Shown piece after piece: positions 18,066 through 24,919 of a stretch of 24,919 bases of DNA (within the stretch, counting starts at the first letter, position 1; each line of letters begins with the position of its first letter). Both the position numbers and the translations under genes were made by a program. The stretch spans positions 1-24,919 of the forward strand of contig JAWBON010000015.1 in assembly GCA_038826135.1 (NCBI GenBank). Reading direction: 5' to 3'. Under the pieces are notes generated by a model. It saw nothing but the letters and a program-made list of their open reading frames with translations. It did no database searches and was not told the origin of the DNA. Source of the stretch: Candidatus Odinarchaeota archaeon. Lineage in GTDB: Archaea > Asgardarchaeota > Odinarchaeia > Odinarchaeales > Odinarchaeaceae.

Positions 18066-18743
18066 TTAAACCAGGCTGCGCATTGAAATAATCTTATCTT
18101 CGAGTAGACGGTACGCTGTTAGAGCATCTCTCCTATCGATCAGGAAGACAGTGTCCGTGTGACATGAGATTATCTGAGTTATATTAATGTTATTAGTAGC
18201 TAATAATTCGAGTAAATGGGATACAACACCTGGTGTTTTAATTATTTCAGGAGGGCTTATAAGGATTATAGCTGACTGGCTTCCGCAAACCTCTATTATC
18301 CCTTTAGGGTCTATAACTTTTTTAACAGAGTCGAAGCTTTTCTCATCAATTATAAGGTTGAAAGTTGTTGTTCCCTGTGTTAACTGTAAGAATCTGAAGT
18401 TAGGAACTGAAGCGAATAGTTTATCTATTTTACCCTCCAGCACAGTCTGCTTCACAGTTAAAAGTATTAAATCATTTTTAAGTTCAAGAATGCTCTCCGC
18501 TATTATTTTTTTAACCCGGTTTTGTAACATGGAAACTGTTTTCTTTATTTCCTCAGCATATCTCATAAGAGCCATTTTAATAGCTTCAACACTTGCTTTT
18601 CTCCCTATAATTTTCTCAACATTTTTAACAGTTAACTCCGCGAGTGAGGAATAATTTACAACATCAAGTTTAATCGCATCTATTATTGAAGGCATGTTTG
18701 AAATAACACGTCTACTAGCTTCAGCTATAGATATCTCCTGCAT
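18066..18743 (-). CDS. ACT-domain regulator (N-terminal helical/HTH-like domain plus tandem ACT-like domains)
   Basis: N-terminal SIAE...P...A.KLDVVNYSSLA...AIKMALMRY, typical of an archaeal ACT-regulator family. C-terminal TPGVVSHLLELLATNNINITQIISCHTDTVFLI is an ACT_7/aspartate-kinase-type ACT. ACGGTGG SD upstream. Confidence 0.85.
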   Translation of the reverse strand: MQEISIAEASRRVISNMPSIIDAIKLDVVNYSSLAELTVKNVEKIIGRKASVEAIKMALMRYAEEIKKTVSMLQNRVKKIIAESILELKNDLILLTVKQTVLEGKIDKLFASVPNFRFLQLTQGTTTFNLIIDEKSFDSVKKVIDPKGIIEVCGSQSAIILISPPEIIKTPGVVSHLLELLATNNINITQIISCHTDTVFLIDRRDALTAYRLLEDKIISMRSLV

Positions 18744-18796
18744 TAAACCACCGTCTCGGTAAAAATTATTATTTTTTCAATAATCTAAAATCAGCT

Positions 18797-18832
18797 ATAG
18801 GCTTAAAATTATTTAAAGGCTTTTAAACCTAT
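18797..18832. repeat. 12-bp inverted repeat (1 mismatch, 12-nt spacer) upstream of the ACT gene
   Basis: ATAGGCTTAAAA (18797-18808) and TTTTAAACCTAT (18821-18832) pair at 11 of 12 positions. On the minus-strand RNA the mismatch becomes a U-G pair. Confidence 0.6.
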
Positions 18833-18853
18833 TAAAAACGATTTTATCACTTA

Positions 18854-19741
18854 TTAGAAATTTAAACCAGCCTTAAATTTTTGTATCATGTTTTTTAAAA
18901 GATTTATTTCATCCTCTCGAAGTTTTCGAAGGGGGAAACGGGGGAGACCGCAATTAACCCCGTTCTCTCTTAAAATATAGTATATTGCTGTGGGGAATGA
19001 CCCTATAAACATAGCATCTATTAAACTATTAGCTTCTTTTTGAAGTTTAACAGCCCTTCTAAGATTTTTATCCGCTAAGCATTTATATAATTCAATCCAT
19101 AAACCTGGTATAAAATTAGCGCTCGCTAGTATCGCACCCTCCCCTCCCATAATTAATGATTGCAGTGTCAAGGAATCGTCTCCTATAATTCTTTTAAAAC
19201 CTTTAACTTTATTGGTTAAAATAATTATCTTCTGAAAGTTTTGAAACACACCAGATGTGTCTTTAACACCGTCAATTAACCCCTCGCTCGCTAACACAGA
19301 TATTATCTCAGGGGTTAACGGATTATTTGTCAACTGTGGTATATTATACGCTATAATTTTTAAAGAAGTTTCAATTCTAACGCGTTTGTAAAACCCTATT
19401 ATCTCTTCACCGCTCAGCTTTATATAGTAAAGGGGAGGTAAAAGTATGGTGTCAACCCCTTCTCTCTCACAGTATCTAATAAGCTCCACGATATAATTGT
19501 AGTTAGAGTGGCCTACACACACTATTATATCGTCGCCTTTGTTTTTATTGTTTAAAACATAATCAATGCACGTCTTCCGTTCATCCTGATCTAAGTAAGG
19601 GAATAACCCGGTTGTTCCATTAACTACAAAGCCTCTGATCCCGGCTGCTCTCAAATAGTTTATTAGATCATTGAATCCTGTTCGGCTTGGTTTTTCCAGT
19701 TCATCGAAAGGCGTGATTAGAGCAGCATAGATACCGCTCAT
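18854..19741 (-). CDS. DapA/NAL-superfamily class I aldolase, KD(P)G-aldolase-like
   Basis: ALITPF, VNGTTGL, PPLYY, YNIP, Schiff-base GVKDT, GDDSL and ASANFIP. Confidence 0.85.
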   Translation of the reverse strand: MSGIYAALITPFDELEKPSRTGFNDLINYLRAAGIRGFVVNGTTGLFPYLDQDERKTCIDYVLNNKNKGDDIIVCVGHSNYNYIVELIRYCEREGVDTILLPPLYYIKLSGEEIIGFYKRVRIETSLKIIAYNIPQLTNNPLTPEIISVLASEGLIDGVKDTSGVFQNFQKIIILTNKVKGFKRIIGDDSLTLQSLIMGGEGAILASANFIPGLWIELYKCLADKNLRRAVKLQKEANSLIDAMFIGSFPTAIYYILRENGVNCGLPRFPLRKLREDEINLLKNMIQKFKAGLNF

Positions 19742-19766
19742 AATTGAACATTTCCAGGATTTTCAT

Positions 19767-20864
19767 TTATATTTTTTCGAATCTTCCTTTAAGCTTTGAT
19801 AAAACCTCTGGTAAAGTAGTATATTCTAATTCCTCCGGTCCAAGTCTTGAAGGCTCGAAAGGCCCGTGTCTGCGCATATAATCAGCTATCTCCGCGGCTT
19901 TAAGTCGAATAGTGTCAAACGCGGGGTCGTCGAAGAGATCGGCTGGACCTACTAACTTACCGTCAGATAGTTGGAATCCTAAAGCTATCACTCTGGGAGG
20001 GCCGTCAAACCTTGTGCATTTAGCGTTTTTAACACTCACAGGCATCATGGGGCCGTGATGGCTGCCTCTCATCCAGCCGGCTACAATATGTGGGAAGGAG
20101 AATCCCTCTAATACTTCACCAACAGCTGGAAGCCCGCTTTGAGCCCTAACCACCGCGCACGGGTCATCTTTACCCACATATTTACCTGCTATAAGGGATA
20201 GTCTGGACGTGGAGCATGAGGCTGCTGGTAGACCGTCTTTTCTAATTATCTTCTTGATTACGTATCTGCCTGTTGTTCCTATAAGTGCTAGTAGATCATA
20301 CATCTCTTCAGGAGTGTGTAACTTCACTATTCTGCTCTCTTTCACATCCATCACTTCGAATATGAAGCCGCCATGTATTGATTTATCTATGATTAACCCT
20401 GCTGTGCAGAACGGGTCGGCGAACACGCGGAATAAAGGTAGGTTAAACGCCCCGGGCTCTGTTTTATCCATCATAAACGCTATTACAGGATCGCTAGGTC
20501 TTTCCTCAAACTCCAGTTCAGCGACCCCGGGCCCCATACCTTTAACGTTCCCGGAGAAAGTGTCCGATAAAAGGTCCTGGCCTGCTCCGTAAAGCTTTAA
20601 CTCTTTAGATCTTTTAGTTGCAGCGCAGAAAGTATCCCAGGCAAGACCGTGAATGTTCTCATCGTCTTCACCTCTCCTATGGGTCATAATCAACTCTAAA
20701 TCGTCGCCGCAGTTAGTTACATAGAAGTCTATTATCTTATTACTTTCTTTAGCTTCTTTGAGTTTTTTTCTAGCAACTTCTATTAAATCCGGGTGGACTA
20801 CATGATGGCCGCAAAGTGATCCTATATCGGCTTTTATTACAGAAAAAGTTATTTTCTCAGGCAA
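19767..20864 (-). CDS. fbp: Bifunctional fructose-1,6-bisphosphate aldolase/phosphatase (FBPase class V)
   Basis: IKADIGSLCGH, CGDDLELIMTH, GAGQDLL, DKTEPGAFNLP, YVGKDDP and GWMRGSHHGP. TTG start after GGAGGA. Confidence 0.96.
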   Translation of the reverse strand: MPEKITFSVIKADIGSLCGHHVVHPDLIEVARKKLKEAKESNKIIDFYVTNCGDDLELIMTHRRGEDDENIHGLAWDTFCAATKRSKELKLYGAGQDLLSDTFSGNVKGMGPGVAELEFEERPSDPVIAFMMDKTEPGAFNLPLFRVFADPFCTAGLIIDKSIHGGFIFEVMDVKESRIVKLHTPEEMYDLLALIGTTGRYVIKKIIRKDGLPAASCSTSRLSLIAGKYVGKDDPCAVVRAQSGLPAVGEVLEGFSFPHIVAGWMRGSHHGPMMPVSVKNAKCTRFDGPPRVIALGFQLSDGKLVGPADLFDDPAFDTIRLKAAEIADYMRRHGPFEPSRLGPEELEYTTLPEVLSKLKGRFEKI

Positions 20865-21021
20865 TTTTCATCCTCCAGTAGTTCTAAAATAGCTTTAAAT
20901 TTCGATGTATATAAGATTTTACACGGTTTACGGCGCCCTAAACTTTTATATTTATTCAAAATAATACAGTTGTAGGTTTACACCGTGATTATATTATTAA
21001 CAGCTGAGAGGTTTCATCATA

Positions 21022-24000
21022 TTGAATAAAAATCTGTTATTCCCCCTTACAATTCTATTTTTTTTAGTAACACCAGTATTCATAGTTCCCAGTATAGGGG
21101 TTTCTTCAACCGTCCAGAACACAGGGGACTTCAACATAAAATTAAATAATGGTATATACGACCGTGGATTAGAATGGTACCTGGTAAACTACCCTTCATC
21201 ACAGGATATTCCTGTAATAATTGTTTTCAGCAGAGATGTACAGGCTCTAGCCGGTAAAGAACTTTTAAGTATACAGGGTTTTCCAAGCTTAAAAATTAAG
21301 TATTTACACGATTCAATCAACGGCTTATCCGCTAAAATATGTAAACAAGATCTTATAGGAATAGCAGATTTACCGTTCATTCAAAAAATATATCTCGATA
21401 AGGAATATAGTTTCGAACTGCCTGAAAAGTCTATTACAAGTAGTAGTATTGAAGCCCTCTACTCATCAGGTTTAGAAGCTATCGGAGCTCTCCCTCTTCA
21501 ATCAAATTATTCCGGGAGCGGTGTGAAAATAGCTATATTAGACTCCGGTATAAGTTCATCTCACCCTGATTTTACAGGTAGAATAATCGCTTCTAAATCT
21601 TTCGTAGAAGGTGAGAACGCCACGGATCTTAACGGCCATGGAACTCATGTAGCCGGTATCGCTGCAGGAAGCGGCACGGCCTCTAACGGTCTTTATAAAG
21701 GAGTCGCCCCCGGGGCTTTGCTTATAAACGCTAAATGCGCTCAAGTCTCAGGTATAGCTTTAACATCCGATGTAATCGCCGCCATAGAGTGGAGTGTAAG
21801 CGAACAGGGCGCTGATATTTTATCGATAAGTTTAGGTGGAGGCTTAGGAGACCCTGATTCACCTCTATCAACAACTGTTGACTGGGCTGCCTCTCAAGGT
21901 GTTATAGTCTCAATATCAGCCGGTAACAGCGGCCCAGACTATGCTTCAGTAGCTTCACCTGCAGCTGGTAGAAGAGTTATAGCTGTAGGCGCCTCTGACT
22001 ATGATGATAGAATTGTCTATTTCAGCAGTAGAGGTCCAACAGTTGACGGCCGAGTCTCACCTGATGTTGTAGCCCCTGGCTACCAGGTTATTTCAACACT
22101 CGCAGCTGAGTCGATTATAGATCTTGTAAGCCAATACTATCTCTACCCCGACCCTAGGATAAGGGGTTCAGGTTTATACAGCGGCGGCTACTATTACATA
22201 GCTTTAAGCGGAACAAGCATGTCCTCTCCCTTCGTTTCAGGAGCGGCTGCTCTTCTACTCTCAGCTTTCCCGAATCTTAAAGGTAACCCGCAAGCGGTGA
22301 AATCCGCTTTAATGAACACGGCTGTTAAACTGGTTAACGCTAGTAGTGTAGAGTATGATCCTAATATTCAAGGATCTGGTAGAATTAATGTAACAGCAGC
22401 CTATAATTATTTACTTGATAGGAATAGTTCAAGCTCCTATATTCCAACCACAACTATTCTCCCCTGCGAAGCCCCGGTTGAACCATACAGGATGATGTAT
22501 CCCGGTCAGGAGACGAATATAATAATAAAGTTTCTAACAGGTGAACCTTTGAATATATCTATTGTAAATGAAGCATCCTCTAACGCTTCTAAGTTCTTAA
22601 GTTTCGGTAACAATAGCTATACTACAGACAGTGACTGGAATATTACAGTTCAAGACTATTTAGAGATATTTCTTAAAATAGAACTACCTTTAAACACTAC
22701 ACCAGGCTTCTATACTGGTAGAATAGAGGTTTTCAATAGTTCAAGCGGTTTAAGCCTCCATAATATTACAGTGAGCCTGCAGGTGGCTGTGCCTTTAGCT
22801 AGAATATACTTCGACGCGCTTCATAATAGCGATTACGATGACACGCCTCTTAGAAATTACCGAGGCTTCATAAACACACTGATGTCTGACGGGTACGCTG
22901 TTAACTATGGTTTAAATCTTTTAACATACGAGTTTGTGAAAAACTTTGATTTAATCATACTCTCAGATATTGAAATTCAACTTTTACCCTTCGAAATAGA
23001 AGCATTGCAAAAATATGTGTCTGAAGGGGGAAGCCTGCTTATCTTAGGCTCCTTTTACCCTTTAACAGCTTCAGAATCAGTGAACCAGCTTATCTCCCCG
23101 TACGGGATTCAGTTCAGTGGCGGCTATGCGGGTAATCTTATAAGTTACACTGACTTGGGGCTGGCTCGCGAATATGAAAATCTCATAGTTAATAATATAG
23201 TAAACGACCCTATCACTCAAGGAGTCTCATCATACACGTTCGGTTCAGGTATCAGTTTAACAGTTAACTCGCCAGCTAAAATATTAGCCAGGCTCAGCGG
23301 TAAACCTGTTTTAGCCTCCTATGATAATATTACCGTGACAGGCGGCCGTGTGGTTGTTTTCTCAAATGAGCTGACATTTTACTCTGATAATCTTCAATCA
23401 ACTCAGCAAAATAATCTGCAACTGGCTAGGAACACTATAACCTGGTTGCTGAAGGAAAGCCAAAATTTGGTGACAGTTTCAGCTGAACATACAGTGATAG
23501 AAATCTCCGGGTCACATACTGAGAACGTGTATATTTACGTATCTAGCAATGGAATACCCGTTGAAGGGTTAATCAACGGTTCAAGCATATCCGCTACACT
23601 TAACACTTCAACTCCGTTAACAATTATCGAGGTAGGGTCAGGAATATACTCCTGTAATTTCACGGTCACATCACCTGGAGTTTATAGAGTGGATGTTCAT
23701 GTTAGTAACGGGGTGGTTACTGGATCAGACTCAGCTCAAACGATTCTAGTAGACAGCCTACCTTCCGTGACCTCTATAAATATTATTAAATCCGGTAGTG
23801 TTCAACCGGGTGTAACCTATCCTTCTTGGGTTGAGTTAGGGGATTTTGATCCTGATCTAACGATATCTAAATTCGGGGAAAATATAACAATAGTGGTTAA
23901 ATCAACCGGAACCGATAATATTCTTTTAGCCGCGAACAGCGATCCGCAGCAGTTTTACGAGTTAACAAGCCGTAGTATAACCTACATACGTGATAATATG

Positions 24001-24864
24001 AGTTATATTAGCGGTTTATGGTATTATACAATAACCCCGGATGTCTCCTATACAGCAAGCTCCTACCCTATAATATTAATTCCTTTGAACACCTCCTTAA
24101 ACAGTGTAAACCCGACAAACTTTATTCTCAAAACTATATTGATTGTAGGAGCTGAACCGGAAATTGACAGTGATAAAACCACGGTTAACGGAACCCCTGT
24201 TGACAATCTTCAAAAATATAGTTTAGAAGGCGGCGAGACTATACCGTTATTCTACTACTCGCTAGGGACCATCTCACAGCTTTCAACAACAGGTTCAGAT
24301 ATTCAAGATGATGTTTCTTCTATGAAAGCTTACGTGTGGATTATAGACGTGCTATTATACTATTATTTAGGAGAACCCTTATACGTGTTAGAGCTTGAAT
24401 ATGCTTCAGTGAACAAGGTTTTCACAAACAATCTTTTAATTTCAACCTCAACGATTTCAGGGCCGATTGGCACAGTTTCTTTAAGAGCAAACTGGGCTTA
24501 TTACCTGATATTCTTCCTAGTTAACTCTGAAGGTGACTTCGGTCAAGGTCCTCAAATCCTTTTAGTCTTCCAGCAAAGCTACCCTCTTCTCCCCAGCCCG
24601 TTTATACTGATACTTATCGGTTTAATCCTTCTTACACTACCCTTCTACATAATGCAGAGGCGTAGAATTAAGAGAAGCATTAAAGAAGCTGAGCAAATTT
24701 ACAGAACATCTATAGAGGCTCCTACTATTGAAGAGTCAACACTGCCTCCAAGATTCTGTCCATATTGTGGGGCGAAGGTTAATTACGGTGATATTTACTG
24801 TTTATCTTGCGGTAATCCCCTGCCAGAAGACTATTTCCAAAGCGGTGACGACCAGGGATTCTAA
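21022..24864 (+). CDS. Membrane-anchored multidomain S8 subtilase (site-1-protease-like architecture, cytoplasmic zinc ribbon)
   Basis: TTG start, signal peptide and I9-like propeptide. Catalytic D174 (ILDSG), H206 (NGHGTHVAG), oxyanion N302 (AGNSG) and S399 (SGTSM). Then an Ig-like region, a GIFT/GATase-like domain (about aa 594-813), beta-rich regions, a TM (about aa 1194-1211), a basic stop-transfer, and CPYCG...CLSCG. Confidence 0.92.
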   Translation: [1280 protein letters not shown]

Positions 24865-24919
24865 TAATAAACGCTTATTTATTTGAGGCTGTGAGATTAA
24901 TTTCACCCTGGATTTAGAA

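Noticed and set aside
10588-18837. CCTATWAAAA shared by the acs/carA, argG and ACT-gene upstream regions as an arginine regulon box
   Set aside because: The instances are explained as TATA boxes or AT-rich chance, and orientation and spacing are inconsistent.
18854-19741. Annotation as dapA (lysine biosynthesis)
   Set aside because: It has GTTGL rather than GTTGE, no dap or lys genes are adjacent, and the motifs look closer to KD(P)G aldolases. The gene symbol was withheld.
885-21744. Short ORFs opposite or out of frame to the main genes (e.g. 885-1142, 1499-1768, 6751-6966, 7975-8295, 10929-11270, 17209-17562, 18187-18654, 20209-20592)
   Set aside because: All lie largely within well-supported genes and show no recognisable motifs. 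They are shadow ORFs.
1-24919. CRISPR arrays, IS elements, rRNA genes, frameshifted pseudogenes
   Set aside because: No regularly spaced repeats, transposase or integrase motifs, or rRNA-like segments were seen. All recognised genes appear intact.

Overview
AT-rich archaeal chromosomal window. Archaeal markers are ABCE1, a class V FBP aldolase/phosphatase, a tRNA with bulge-helix-bulge (BHB) introns, and GGTG-type ribosome-binding sites with GTG/TTG starts. A TACK or Asgard origin is plausible but is my inference only. Gene order: partial DUF4129-like gene, DUF4350/GIFT-like protein, MoxR AAA+, DUF58/vWA and an orphan membrane protein (one operon); amphi-Trp-domain protein with a long acidic tail; tRNA-Arg(CCG) missed by the ORF track; PH-like membrane protein (-); ABCE1; acs (-); carA-carB converging on argH-argG (-); HTH-ACT regulator (-); KD(P)G-aldolase-like DapA-family enzyme and fbp (-); a 1280-aa membrane-anchored S8 protease. 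Strongest observations: (1) the tRNA-Arg has two introns, a canonical 37/38 intron and a T-loop 59/60 intron with a complete BHB motif; (2) the protease has the domain order and several motifs of eukaryotic site-1 protease (MBTPS1/SKI-1), plus a cytoplasmic zinc ribbon; (3) an ACT-domain regulator with a CASTOR/ACT_7-like C-terminus lies directly upstream of argG-argH. No CRISPR array, transposase or integrase was seen. Family assignments come from motif recognition and recalled sequences; no searches were run.
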